Made by a program: the position numbers and the translations under genes. Of a stretch of 64,000 bases of DNA, positions 31,251 through 40,860 are shown in pieces (the stretch's first letter is position 1; each line of letters begins with the position of its first letter). The notes under the pieces are model-generated. The model did no database searches, was not told the DNA's origin, and saw only the letters and a list, made by a program, of their open reading frames with translations. Where the stretch lies: assembly GCA_964603455.1 (NCBI GenBank), contig CAZRVL010000004.1:298-64297 (forward strand). Reading direction: 5' to 3'. The DNA comes from an uncultured Lachnospiraceae bacterium (lineage in GTDB: Bacteria; Bacillota; Clostridia; Oscillospirales; CAG-272).

Positions 31251-32813
31251 TCAATATACCTTGTTGATCATATGCCAACCATTTGCCGTATCCCACGCAG
31301 CTATAATTCCGCCTGAGCAGGTCTGCATATAGTCAAATATCATCGGAATGACGAAATTTCCCTCAGTGTCTATCATTCCGTATTTACCATCGATTCCTAC
31401 GATTCCGAGACCTTCATTGAAGCCTTCCGCATGATCATATATCGGTTGTGCGATCCATTTTCCATTATAGTCCATAAAACCGTACAATCCGTCTTTTTCA
31501 AGCAAGAACACACCGTCAGAATATGCCTTCACGGTGTAGCCGCCAGGAATATCATACAGTGTTCCATCGATCTTCATAACGAGGTCTTCATCGGTGCAGC
31601 AGAGTATATAATGTCCGTGGTAGTCATATGCCAATGAATCAAATGTGTGGTAATAATCGTATTCCTGCCGTCTTAAACGAACAAGCCCATGATCAAAATA
31701 TATAAATCCGAGCGATTCTACACCTCGGCTGTCCGGAAGGCGGTAGACCGAAGATACTCGTCTGCCGGATAAATTATAATACGGTCCGTGATTCCAATTC
31801 GACGATGATCCGGTTATCTTGTTCGTAAAGCGTGTATCCACATAAGAGAGTATGTCTACCCCCAATACATCATCGGTTTTGGTCGTTGCGGCAAGTCCTT
31901 CACTGAAATTGAATGCGTTCGTATATTTGTAACCCGAAACAATACCTGCTTTATCCCGCGAATATCCGAACGAACCGTCTCGATATGCACTAATATAATT
32001 TGAATCGCTTTTTCCGTAATAGCTCGGATAGTTGAAATACAATCCCCTGTTCTCTGCGGCATCGTTATACGTGCTTTGAACAAGTTCACCGTTTTCATCT
32101 ATGAGAAAATATTTTGTTGTGGCTTTTCCGTATTTTGTAGTCGGCTGAACGGTCACTTTAAACTGCGGAATGTCATTTGAGTCACGTGTGTAAGCGGGTT
32201 CATAATAGTCGGTATCGAAATCTCCGTATAAGATATTGCCTTTATTATCAAGGAGTGCGGTTGTGCTTCCGTTGTCAACGATTATATAATCCATATATAC
32301 CTCAACAGTTGGCCTGTCGGTATATACCTCGGAGCTTTCTGTCGTATATCCGCCATACTGCTCGTTAGGAATACGGGTATATTTTGTGATCTTTTTCTTA
32401 CTCAGCGAAAATTCATTTTTTATACTGGCTGACGGTGTTTGGAGTGTCAGCTTCATATTCTTGGCATACTGCGCATCTGTCACGTTCAGTCCGTTTGAGA
32501 TCGCGGTATCTGTTGAGGTTAGACTGTTTAAAAAATCTGTTACAGCATCATTTTGAACCGGTGTATCCGATTCTTTTATGCTCGTTTCGATCGGTGTTGG
32601 TTCTGTAGATGAGGAGGTTTGAGGTTCTGAGGTCGGTTGGCTATCCGATTCAATAGATGTTTCATTTTCAACTTCCGAAGTATTTTCAGAATCGGGGCGA
32701 TCTATAAAAGTAAAATCGTATACTCCGCGTTGATATGCAATTGCTGCGACTAACAGAAATGTCATCAGCCCTATGGGAATTATTCTGACTGCGATCTTTT
32801 TGAAAATCTTCAT
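31251..32813 (-). CDS. WG (KWG-type) repeat protein with N-terminal TM anchor
   Basis: C-terminal repeats DGLYGFMDYNGKWIAQPIYDHAEGFNEGLGIVGIDGKYGMIDTEGNFVIP; N-terminal TM then a Ser/Thr/Glu-rich linker. Confidence 0.65.
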   Translation of the reverse strand: MKIFKKIAVRIIPIGLMTFLLVAAIAYQRGVYDFTFIDRPDSENTSEVENETSIESDSQPTSEPQTSSSTEPTPIETSIKESDTPVQNDAVTDFLNSLTSTDTAISNGLNVTDAQYAKNMKLTLQTPSASIKNEFSLSKKKITKYTRIPNEQYGGYTTESSEVYTDRPTVEVYMDYIIVDNGSTTALLDNKGNILYGDFDTDYYEPAYTRDSNDIPQFKVTVQPTTKYGKATTKYFLIDENGELVQSTYNDAAENRGLYFNYPSYYGKSDSNYISAYRDGSFGYSRDKAGIVSGYKYTNAFNFSEGLAATTKTDDVLGVDILSYVDTRFTNKITGSSSNWNHGPYYNLSGRRVSSVYRLPDSRGVESLGFIYFDHGLVRLRRQEYDYYHTFDSLAYDYHGHYILCCTDEDLVMKIDGTLYDIPGGYTVKAYSDGVFLLEKDGLYGFMDYNGKWIAQPIYDHAEGFNEGLGIVGIDGKYGMIDTEGNFVIPMIFDYMQTCSGGIIAAWDTANGWHMINKVY

Positions 32814-32843
32814 GATACTTCCTTAAAGGTTTATTTTACGGGA

Positions 32844-33326
32844 TCATTTATGGTATTTTCCGCCGGATGCTATGTTGAATGCGCGGTATAGCTGCTCAAG
32901 CAGTATTACACGCATAAGCTGATGCGGAAATGTCATTTCAGAAATTGAGAGCCGCAGCCTTGCGGCTTTTTTTACTTCGTCCGAAAGTCCGTCAGAACCT
33001 CCGATTATAAGACATATCTCAGAGTACCCCTCAACTCCGAGAGAGGTCAATTTTTCGGCAAAGGCTTCACTCTGCATTTGCTTTCCTTCAACACAGAGTG
33101 CTATCGTATAAGCACGAGGTGGAATTGCTGCAAGTATTCGGTCTCCTTCATGCTTTACAGCATTTTGTATATCTGCGGCACTTGCCTTTTCAGGGAGCTT
33201 TTCGTCTTTTATGCAGATGTTATTCAGCATACAATATGCCGACAGGCGTTTTTCGTATTCGCCGACAGCATCTGTAAGGTATTTTTCCTTTATTGTTCCC
33301 ACATAAATAATATTTATTTTCAGCAT
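32844..33326 (-). CDS. rlmH: 23S rRNA (pseudouridine1915-N3)-methyltransferase RlmH
   Basis: About 160-aa SPOUT protein (MLKINIIYVGTIKEKYL...IGGSDGL...MTFPHQLMRVILLEQLYRA). Confidence 0.9.
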   Translation of the reverse strand: MLKINIIYVGTIKEKYLTDAVGEYEKRLSAYCMLNNICIKDEKLPEKASAADIQNAVKHEGDRILAAIPPRAYTIALCVEGKQMQSEAFAEKLTSLGVEGYSEICLIIGGSDGLSDEVKKAARLRLSISEMTFPHQLMRVILLEQLYRAFNIASGGKYHK

Positions 33327-34144
33327 GGTATGACCTCATACGAAGGTGATAATTCTTTTGAATGAATATCACCGCAGATAAATGTCGGAATGTCTTTTTG
33401 TGCGACCGTCACAGAGCAGTCTGTATCACGAAGATACATTTGTGTGGTTGCCAAAGCCAATTCAGGTATATTATTTTCAGGAGAAAGGTGCGCTAAGATA
33501 ATTCTCTTTGTTCCGTTTTCCGCAAGCTTTTTGGCAAAATCTGCAGCGATTTCGTTTGAAAGATGTCCGTTATCGGATAGTATACGTCGTTTCAATTCAT
33601 ACGGATATGATCCGCACAGTAGCATATTTTTATCATGGTTGGATTCGAGTACGATGTTTTTTACACCGTTTAATGCAGTCTCGACCTCACGACTTATATG
33701 ACCTAAGTCAGTGGCAAGTGCAAACGAATCATGTCCTGCCGTCAATTTATATCCCACACTGCACGCGCTGTCGTGAGGAGTCTTGAAGGAGCTTATGGCG
33801 ATATTTCTCATTCGCAGTTCAAAGTTTGTTGGATGCACAGTAATGAGATCGGCGATCGAATGGTATTTTACAGATTTCATCATCTCTCTCGCCGAATTTT
33901 CAGTCATATGTATCGGGATATTATATTTTTTTGACATGGTTACAAGACCTGAGATATGATCAGAATGTTCATGTGTGATAAGGATCATTCCAAGCTTTGT
34001 TATATCCTCACCGATAGTCTTAAAGGCGTTTTCTATTTTTCGGCAGCTTATTCCGGCATCTATCAAAAGCATATCCTCGCCATATTTTACGAATACGGAG
34101 TTTCCTTTTGAGCTTGATGCCAATGTGTATGCAGTTAAATTCAT
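33320..34144 (-). CDS. yycJ: MBL-fold metallo-hydrolase YycJ/WalJ-like
   Basis: Collinear by eye with B. subtilis YycJ (LIDAGIS, ITHEHSDHISG, LESNHD, RILSDNGHLSNE); sits upstream of rlmH as in Bacillus. Confidence 0.8.
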   Translation of the reverse strand: MNLTAYTLASSSKGNSVFVKYGEDMLLIDAGISCRKIENAFKTIGEDITKLGMILITHEHSDHISGLVTMSKKYNIPIHMTENSAREMMKSVKYHSIADLITVHPTNFELRMRNIAISSFKTPHDSACSVGYKLTAGHDSFALATDLGHISREVETALNGVKNIVLESNHDKNMLLCGSYPYELKRRILSDNGHLSNEIAADFAKKLAENGTKRIILAHLSPENNIPELALATTQMYLRDTDCSVTVAQKDIPTFICGDIHSKELSPSYEVIPC

Positions 34145-34148
34145 ATTA

Positions 34149-34619
34149 TTATTGGTTAGGACTCAGGAAACTGAGTATGGTTTTTAGCGTGTCTCCGTAA
34201 AAAAGCCAGACAATATCAAGTAGCATGGCTAGCATGAGCGGTGTCAGCACCATCATGAGCTTTTTTGCGATCAGACGGTGGCGGTTCAGCTTTGCGCATA
34301 ATTCAACGGCTTCTTCTTTTGAAATGTCTTTACGAAGCATATCAGGTGTAAAATCCTTTTTCGAGAATCCGTGATTCAAAAGAATTACCGCTCCTGCGAG
34401 AATAGTGACAATACTGAACATAATGAGCATTGTAACGCTGAACTCGACTCCTATAGATGCCTCATAGCTCAAAAGAGCCTCATACACGGTAAATGCTGCC
34501 AGAGTTGACAGAAAAAGTGTAAGCACTCGCTTTTTATTGAGTGCTTTCAGCTTTTTTTTGACCTCCCTCACCGATTCGGGCGAATAAGTGAGGGAGGAAT
34601 TTTTCTTTTTCTTTGGCAT
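34149..34619 (-). CDS. hypothetical membrane protein
   Basis: Lys-rich N-terminus and 3-4 hydrophobic segments; no family recognised. Confidence 0.45.
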   Translation of the reverse strand: MPKKKKNSSLTYSPESVREVKKKLKALNKKRVLTLFLSTLAAFTVYEALLSYEASIGVEFSVTMLIMFSIVTILAGAVILLNHGFSKKDFTPDMLRKDISKEEAVELCAKLNRHRLIAKKLMMVLTPLMLAMLLDIVWLFYGDTLKTILSFLSPNQ

Positions 34620-35900
34620 TTACTGAATGCGTATTGCGCCGTAAGGACGAACCTTCAGTTCGGTAGTTGCGCCTTCGCCGAATGCCGAATCGAGAGCTTT
34701 CTTGAATGCAGGAACATCCTCGGTCTTGACAAATGCCTGTATAGTTCCGGCAAATCCGCCGCCGTGTACACGATATGCGGCATTCTTGCCTTTGAGAGCA
34801 TTTTCGGCTACGCAGAGGGCGAGAGAAAGTCCCTGCTCCTCAACGTTTTTGACGGTATATACATTCTGGAGATATTTGAAGCTGGAATTTCCGGATGCCA
34901 TAACTCCTTTGAAGAAACCATCTATATCGCCGTTTTTGAGAGCTTCAGTCTGTGCAGTTACGCGGTCATTTTCGTTTTCAAAATGGATCGCACGCATTAT
35001 TGCACGGTCTCCGGCGACCTCACGGAGCTTGGGAATATTGGAAAGTATTTCATCGAGAGATACTTCACGAAGAACCTGCTTGCCGAAATATGCGGCGATT
35101 TTCTTCATTTCAGCCGGAACAGAGGCATAATCCTCGTTGAGGTCTGCGTGGTTTCCGCCGGTATTGACTATGCAAAGCGAATAACCTGCCGCTGTAAGGT
35201 CAAACGGAAGCTTTTCTATGATAGGCTCCTTCGGGTTCTTAAAGTCTATTGCAACAAATCCGCCGACTGCGCATGCGGTCTGATCCATGAGTCCGGAAGG
35301 CTTGCCGAAGAATACATTCTCGGAATACTGGGCGATCTTTGCAATCTCAGCATTTTCGACAGCTCCGGCATTGTAGAATCCATTGAGAATGAGTCCTACC
35401 ATATCTTCGAATGCAGCAGAGGAAGAAAGTCCAGAACCTTTGAAAACATTGGATGTCGTATAAGCATCATAACCGCCGACTTTGTGACCGTACTTGAGGA
35501 ATCCGCTGCACATTCCGGATATAATGGATTTTGATGTGTAGAACAGAGCTTCATCAACTGCCGGAGCGGTAATATCGACTTCATCGATCGGGAAACCCTC
35601 GGATTTGATGTTTATGCGGAGATCATCACGCGGCGACGCGGCTGCGATGATGTCAAGATTTATTGATGCAGCAAGAACTTTGCCGTGATTATGGTCTGTG
35701 TGGTTTCCGGAGATCTCACTTCTTCCGGCGACCGAGAAGAGCGAAATTTCGCGGTCTGCTCCGAAGAGGTTTGCGAATTCATTTACTGTCGAGATATAAC
35801 GAACCTTCTGAGCTGCGATATTTTCTGCACCATAAAGAGTAGTGAATATCTCGTTGTATTTGCCGTTCTCTATAGCGGCTATTATTTCTTTTGCATTCAT
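34620..35900 (-). CDS. galK: galactokinase (GHMP kinase)
   Basis: GRSEISGNHTDHNHGKVLAASI galactokinase signature and GHMP motif GSGLSSSAAF. Confidence 0.85.
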   Translation of the reverse strand: MNAKEIIAAIENGKYNEIFTTLYGAENIAAQKVRYISTVNEFANLFGADREISLFSVAGRSEISGNHTDHNHGKVLAASINLDIIAAASPRDDLRINIKSEGFPIDEVDITAPAVDEALFYTSKSIISGMCSGFLKYGHKVGGYDAYTTSNVFKGSGLSSSAAFEDMVGLILNGFYNAGAVENAEIAKIAQYSENVFFGKPSGLMDQTACAVGGFVAIDFKNPKEPIIEKLPFDLTAAGYSLCIVNTGGNHADLNEDYASVPAEMKKIAAYFGKQVLREVSLDEILSNIPKLREVAGDRAIMRAIHFENENDRVTAQTEALKNGDIDGFFKGVMASGNSSFKYLQNVYTVKNVEEQGLSLALCVAENALKGKNAAYRVHGGGFAGTIQAFVKTEDVPAFKKALDSAFGEGATTELKVRPYGAIRIQ

Positions 35901-37183
35901 GATGTTGCTCCTTTTGATAGATCAATGTTTTTTATTGCTTGCAATGCTAAATGAAGTGCGTTTGATGCAGACACATAACGCACATATTCGCGTGTTGCGA
36001 GGTCGTTTCCGATATGAAGCTCTCGGACATATTCAAACTTGTCGGTTGAAACTCCGACGAATACAGTTCCTACCGGCTTCTCGGGTGTTCCGCCTGTAGG
36101 TCCGGCAATTCCCGTGGTCGATATTCCTATGTCTGCACCGAATAGTTTACGGACTCCGCGTGCCATTTCAATTGCTGTCTGCTTTGAGACAGCTCCGTAT
36201 GTGGATAATGTTTCACGTGAAACATTTACGAATTGCTCTTTAACTCTGTTTGCATATGTGACAATGCTTCCATCGAGAATTTCGCTCGAACCGCTGACAT
36301 TTGTTATTCGTTTTGCAACATATCCGCCAGTGCATGATTCTGCACAGGCTATGTGAAGTGAATTTTTCAACAGCTCTGCGACAAGTGCCTCTTCTACCGA
36401 GCTGTTGTCGATGCCGTAAATATATTTTCCTACATCGGTAGAATAAATATATTTGATCATCTTTTCACATTTTTCTCGACACTCATCCTCGGTGCTTCCC
36501 TTTGACGTTATCCTGATCTGGACTTCTCCTTCTTTTGCATAAGGTGCAACTGTCGGATCAGCTGAATTTACCATAACGTCATGCAGTATGGATTCGACTT
36601 TTGATTCGCCGATTCCAAGGATATTCAGAGTCTTTGAGAAAAGCTTTGACTGAGTGAATCTTTTTAGATACGGTTCTACTTCTTCGTTGAACATTGGTTC
36701 ACATTCGGATGGTGGCCCCGGAAGAAATATTATGAGCTTGTTATTCTCAAAATCTTCTATTGCAGCTCCGGGGGCTGTACCGTAATTATTTTTGAAGATA
36801 GTCGAGCCTTTCGGCATATATGCCTGTTTTTTGTTGTTTTCGGTCAGTTCAAATCCGAACGCCTTTGCTCTGGCTGCGATCCTGTCAAGACTTTCTTTGT
36901 CTAAGACCAAATCTCGCTCCATTATTTTGGCGGCTGTCTCTTTAGAAAGATCATCGCAAGTCGGTCCGAGACCTCCGGTCATGATCACAAGATCTGCTCT
37001 GTCGAGAGCTTCTTTTATCGCAACCGAAAGTCTTTCGGAATTGTCTCCTACTGTTGTCTGCCTGTATTGTGCTATACCGATAGTAGCAAGACGTTTTGAA
37101 ATATACGCTGCATCTGTATTCACTATATCGCCGAGCAACAGTTCTGTTCCGACCGAAATTATTTCTGCATTTTTTATGAGCAT
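35897..37183 (-). CDS. cinA: competence/damage-inducible protein CinA (MoCF-binding + PncC deamidase domains)
   Basis: N-terminal IISVGTELLLGDIVNTDAAYIS, C-terminal CAESCTGG...YGAVS motifs. Confidence 0.9.
   Translation of the reverse strand: MLIKNAEIISVGTELLLGDIVNTDAAYISKRLATIGIAQYRQTTVGDNSERLSVAIKEALDRADLVIMTGGLGPTCDDLSKETAAKIMERDLVLDKESLDRIAARAKAFGFELTENNKKQAYMPKGSTIFKNNYGTAPGAAIEDFENNKLIIFLPGPPSECEPMFNEEVEPYLKRFTQSKLFSKTLNILGIGESKVESILHDVMVNSADPTVAPYAKEGEVQIRITSKGSTEDECREKCEKMIKYIYSTDVGKYIYGIDNSSVEEALVAELLKNSLHIACAESCTGGYVAKRITNVSGSSEILDGSIVTYANRVKEQFVNVSRETLSTYGAVSKQTAIEMARGVRKLFGADIGISTTGIAGPTGGTPEKPVGTVFVGVSTDKFEYVRELHIGNDLATREYVRYVSASNALHLALQAIKNIDLSKGATS
36200..36208 (-). promoter_or_regulatory. 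perfect-consensus DnaA box inside cinA
   Basis: Plus strand TGTGGATAA (TTATCCACA on the minus strand), directly abutting the parS at 36209. Confidence 0.5.
36209..36224. promoter_or_regulatory. parS: parS site (perfect consensus) inside cinA CDS
   Basis: TGTTTCACGTGAAACA; the AA/TT flanks match the 27200 site, giving a 20-bp palindrome AATGTTTCACGTGAAACATT. Confidence 0.85.
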
Positions 37184-37230
37184 AATGCTATGCCTCTTAC
37201 AGTTAGTTTCTTAAATATACAATATCCTGA

Positions 37231-38115
37231 TCAGCCAACTATGTTCTTGACGAATTGCGCCGCAGCCGATGGTAGCGGTAGCTTTTTCGAATATGCCAAG
37301 AGAAATTTGCGTGGCGGAAGAGAGCTTTTGAGCTTTATCTTAAAAAGCTCTTCCTCTTCAAGATATTTTTTTGCAAAATCCTCGACTATACATGCTACTC
37401 CCATTGACCGACGTGCAAATTCAAGCAAAAGATCGCTTGTTGCAAGCTCTATATCCGCACACAAGGTGTTTGGAAAGAAGAACTGGTCGGTATATCGTCG
37501 GGTCGATGTTTCGCTTCCTAGCAGTATCAGCGGTGCTTTGGCAAGCTCATCAAAGCTGACTTCGTGATCGAGGAGATCTGAAAATTTCTTTGTGCAGACA
37601 AAAATATCTTGTATCTCTTTTACCGGGATCATTTCAAGTTCACGACAGTCAGCTTGAGTCACAGGCTCACTTATCACACAGAAATCGATAAGCCCCGAAC
37701 GAAGTGCCTTCAGAGTCTGTGGTGTCGGTGCATTCGTCACAGCAAGCTTTACTTTTGGATGTGCTGCTCTGAAATTTTCGAGATGTTCGAGCAGAAAAAA
37801 TCGTAAAGTCATGTCACTTGCTCCGACTCTCATAAGTCCGCTTTCAAGATCTGCTATCTCGCGTAGCCGGTTTTCACCCGATTCGATCTGCGCAAATCCG
37901 CGCTTAAGGTCTTCAAGAAGTGCTTGCCCCTCTATCGTCAATGTGAAGCCGCGGTTTGAACGTGCTATCAGCTTGACACCGAGGGATTTTTCAAGTTGTG
38001 CGACCTTTCCGGACAATGCCGGTTGTGATATGTGCATATATTGCGCGGCTGCGGACAAGCTCGGATGACGTGTTAGCTCGACAAATGCAGCATACAGGTC
38101 GAGATTTTGTATCAT
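37231..38115 (-). CDS. LysR family transcriptional regulator
   Basis: N-terminal wHTH (LSAAAQYMHISQPALSGKVAQLEKSLGVKL) plus a LysR substrate-binding domain. Confidence 0.88.
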   Translation of the reverse strand: MIQNLDLYAAFVELTRHPSLSAAAQYMHISQPALSGKVAQLEKSLGVKLIARSNRGFTLTIEGQALLEDLKRGFAQIESGENRLREIADLESGLMRVGASDMTLRFFLLEHLENFRAAHPKVKLAVTNAPTPQTLKALRSGLIDFCVISEPVTQADCRELEMIPVKEIQDIFVCTKKFSDLLDHEVSFDELAKAPLILLGSETSTRRYTDQFFFPNTLCADIELATSDLLLEFARRSMGVACIVEDFAKKYLEEEELFKIKLKSSLPPRKFLLAYSKKLPLPSAAAQFVKNIVG

Positions 38116-38141
38116 TTTTGAAAAGTTTTCGAATAACCGTA

Positions 38142-39389
38142 TCAGCCCTCGTAAAGCGGATACTTTTCACAGATCTTGGTTACTTCTGAGCGGATATAGT
38201 CTGCCGAATTATCAAAATCTGTTGCGGCGAGCTTGATGAGATGAGCGAGGTTCTTCATATCATCTTCCACAAGACCTCTTGAGGTCACAGCCGGAGTACC
38301 GATTCTTACACCGCTGGTGATGAAGGGAGACTGAGGATCATTGGGAATTGCATTTTTATTTACGGTTATATAAACCTCATCGAGCTGATGCTCAAGCTGC
38401 TTTCCGGTGATACCCATTTTTCTGAGGTCGAGCAGCATAAGATGATTGTCTGTACCGCCTGACAAAAGATCGAAGCCTTCGGAGATCAGCGAATCGGCTA
38501 AGACCTTTGCGTTTTTGACTATCTGAGTCTGATATTCCTTGAATTCCGGCTTCAGAGCTTCACCAAAGCATACTGCCTTTGCGGCAATTATGTGCATGAG
38601 CGGACCGCCCTGTGTTCCGGGGAATACAGCCTTATTGATTGCCTTTGCGAGCTCTTCACGGCAGAGTATCATTCCGCCGCGAGGACCTCTGAGGGTTTTA
38701 TGCGTGGTAGTTGTGACGACATCGGCATACGGTACCGGAGACGGATGAAGACCCGCTGCAACGAGTCCGGCGATATGAGCCATATCGACCATGAGATATG
38801 CTCCGACACTCTTTGCTATCTCAGAGAGACGTTTGAAATCAATTATGCGCGGATATGCGGACGCTCCCGCAACGATAAGCTTAGGCTTGTGCTCTTTTGC
38901 AAGAAATTCCACCTTATCATAATCGATCATGCTGGTGTCCTCTTCGACACCGTAAGGAACAAAATTGTAGAGCATTCCGGAGATGTTTACCGGGCTGCCG
39001 TGAGTGAGATGTCCACCGTGAGCGAGGTTCATGCCGAGCACGGTATCACCTGGCTTTAGGAGCGCGAGATATACAGCTGTGTTTGCCTGCGCACCAGAAT
39101 GAGGCTGAACATTTGCATGCTCTGCGCCAAACAGCTTCTTTGCACGCTCTATCGCGATGTTTTCGGCAATATCGACACATTCGCAACCACCATAGTAACG
39201 CTTGGACGGATAACCCTCGGCATACTTATTGGTGAGGACAGTTCCCATCGCTGCCATTACAGCAGGCGAAACTACGTTCTCAGAGGCGATAAGTTCGAGT
39301 CCACGCTGCTGACGGTGATATTCCTTGAAAACAGCGTCACCGATCTCAGGATCGAATTTTTTGATAAATTCCATATTTTCAATAACCAT
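38142..39389 (-). CDS. glyA: serine hydroxymethyltransferase
   Basis: [20 protein letters not shown] site [14 protein letters not shown]; ATG 39389 preceded by an AGGAGAA RBS (the ORF track starts further upstream). Confidence 0.96.
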   Translation of the reverse strand: MVIENMEFIKKFDPEIGDAVFKEYHRQQRGLELIASENVVSPAVMAAMGTVLTNKYAEGYPSKRYYGGCECVDIAENIAIERAKKLFGAEHANVQPHSGAQANTAVYLALLKPGDTVLGMNLAHGGHLTHGSPVNISGMLYNFVPYGVEEDTSMIDYDKVEFLAKEHKPKLIVAGASAYPRIIDFKRLSEIAKSVGAYLMVDMAHIAGLVAAGLHPSPVPYADVVTTTTHKTLRGPRGGMILCREELAKAINKAVFPGTQGGPLMHIIAAKAVCFGEALKPEFKEYQTQIVKNAKVLADSLISEGFDLLSGGTDNHLMLLDLRKMGITGKQLEHQLDEVYITVNKNAIPNDPQSPFITSGVRIGTPAVTSRGLVEDDMKNLAHLIKLAATDFDNSADYIRSEVTKICEKYPLYEG

Positions 39390-39428
39390 GATAATTTTCT
39401 CCTGTATAAAAAAATATCTGTGTCTCTT

Positions 39429-39457
39429 ATTATACAATATTCGGGAAGAAAATACAA
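39429..39457 (-). promoter_or_regulatory. glyA promoter candidate
   Basis: Minus strand TTGTAT (39452-39457), 17 nt, TATAAT (39429-39434); implies a short leader of about 32 nt. Confidence 0.5.
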
Positions 39458-39534
39458 TAGCAATTTTGTTAAAAATTAAAGGTATATAAAAATTTGTTGT
39501 TTATTATGAGATGGTAAATTTTTATGTGGGGGTA

Positions 39535-39563
39535 TTTACAAATCGGACTGAATGTGGTATAAT
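39535..39563 (+). promoter_or_regulatory. sigma-A promoter with TRTG extended -10 (no adjacent ORF)
   Basis: TTTACA 39535-39540, 17 nt, TGTGG-TATAAT (TATAAT 39558-39563). Confidence 0.55.
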
Positions 39564-39824
39564 AAATATCGTTGATACTGCCGACTGTTATTTTTCAGTG
39601 AAAAGTTTCGACAGCACCGGCTTTGTGTGATTCATTGTCATTTTTGACGAACGATTTAATGTTCAAATGTTAAAATGCAACGTATTCTTCTGTAAAACGA
39701 GGTGAAGTTTTAACATTCGCTTCCATATAGTGGAATTTAAACCTATATCTGGGAGAATATTGTGGCGTACATATTTATAAATTGTAAAAAAACATTTTTT
39801 GGTAGAAAAATGTTGTTGTTGGTA

Positions 39825-39854
39825 TTGACAATCCGCACAAATTTGTGGTATTAT
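39825..39854 (+). promoter_or_regulatory. sigma-A promoter upstream of minD-like gene
   Basis: TTGACA 39825-39830, 18 nt, TGTGG-TATTAT (39849-39854); the spacer contains the 12-bp palindrome CACAAATTTGTG. Confidence 0.6.
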
Positions 39855-39995
39855 ATTAATGTGACATTGGCGGAATCGTTTTATGTAATGATAAGTTTTT
39901 TATTGCATTATTATCCGAGTTAGTTTGTGTCACAAATTTTTAACACTATTGTTAACATTTTCGCAGATATTGCGTTTGTTCACCGGGGGAAAACG

Positions 39996-40811
39996 ATGGG
40001 ACAGGATAACGAAGCTTTATCGTCCGGCAGACCAAGATATATTCTCATCACCTCCTGCAAAGGCGGCGTAGGCAAATCTACCTGTGCCGTGAATATTGCG
40101 GCGGCTTTGGCACTTCGCGGAATGCGTGTGCTTCTGTGCGACTGTGATTTTGATATGCGCTGTTTGGATCTTATGCTCGGCATTGAAAATGAAGTACTGT
40201 ATGATCTGTATGACATAGCAGTAGGACGAATATCGGCTGATAAAGCAATAATGAAGGTCGAGCGTATTGAAGGACTTGATTTTATCGCCGCACCTTTTCA
40301 CGGCGGTTCTGAGCTTCGTTCTGAAATGCTTAAAAAAGTGTTTATGGAAGCAGCCGATCACGGAAGGTATGATTATATACTGTTTGACACTCCGGGAGCT
40401 TTGGTTTCGGACGAGCTGCTTGAAATGGGTCTTGCGGATATGGCAATGATAGTTGCTTCGCATCAGCCTACAAGTCTTCGAGCTGCCGATAAAACGGGAG
40501 AATATCTGGCAAAATGGCAGATAAATGAACAGCGGCTCATTATAAACAGCTTTGATCTCGATGCTGCGATAAAACAAAAAAGACCGGGAATAAATGAGAT
40601 CATTGACCGTACCTTTATCAGGCTGGGAGGGATCGTTCCATACGACCGAATGCTTATGTTGACGGCTGAAAACGGTGAGCTTATAAGAGATGGGAACACC
40701 TTTGCGGCTTTTGATAATATAGCCTGCCGCATTATGGGACGATATGTACCGCTTTTTGAAAATTTCAAGGGATTTTCCGCACGGCGCAAGGTAAAAAAGC
40801 TGCTCGGATAG
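39996..40811 (+). CDS. MinD/ParA-family P-loop ATPase (orphan MinD-like)
   Basis: Deviant Walker A SCKGGVGKST; C-terminal basic amphipathic tail FKGFSARRKVKKLLG resembling a MinD membrane-targeting sequence; ATG 39996 with a GGGGGA RBS; no minC or minE adjacent. Confidence 0.8.
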   Translation: MGQDNEALSSGRPRYILITSCKGGVGKSTCAVNIAAALALRGMRVLLCDCDFDMRCLDLMLGIENEVLYDLYDIAVGRISADKAIMKVERIEGLDFIAAPFHGGSELRSEMLKKVFMEAADHGRYDYILFDTPGALVSDELLEMGLADMAMIVASHQPTSLRAADKTGEYLAKWQINEQRLIINSFDLDAAIKQKRPGINEIIDRTFIRLGGIVPYDRMLMLTAENGELIRDGNTFAAFDNIACRIMGRYVPLFENFKGFSARRKVKKLLG

Positions 40812-40860
40812 ATTCCGAAAGTATGATTTGTTGTGATATTAACGAAAGGATTTGATATAA

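Noticed and set aside
39524-39854. Repeated TGTGG motifs in the 39.4-40.0 kb spacer (TGTGGTATAAT, TGTGGTATTAT, TGTGGGGGT, TGTGGCGTA) as a possible secondary DnaA-box cluster.
   Set aside because: The clearest ones are TRTGnTATAAT extended -10 promoter elements. The same pattern occurs at the dnaA, nfnA, noc, HMA and nth promoters. The rest match the DnaA box poorly beyond TGTGG.
39762-39923. 53-aa GTG-initiated ORF (MAYIFINCKKTFFGRK...) with a GGGAGAA motif upstream in the AT-rich spacer.
   Set aside because: It overlaps the 39825-39854 promoter, its composition simply reflects AT-rich DNA (many TTG/TAT/AAA codons), and the RBS spacing is too short. It cannot be supported without expression data.
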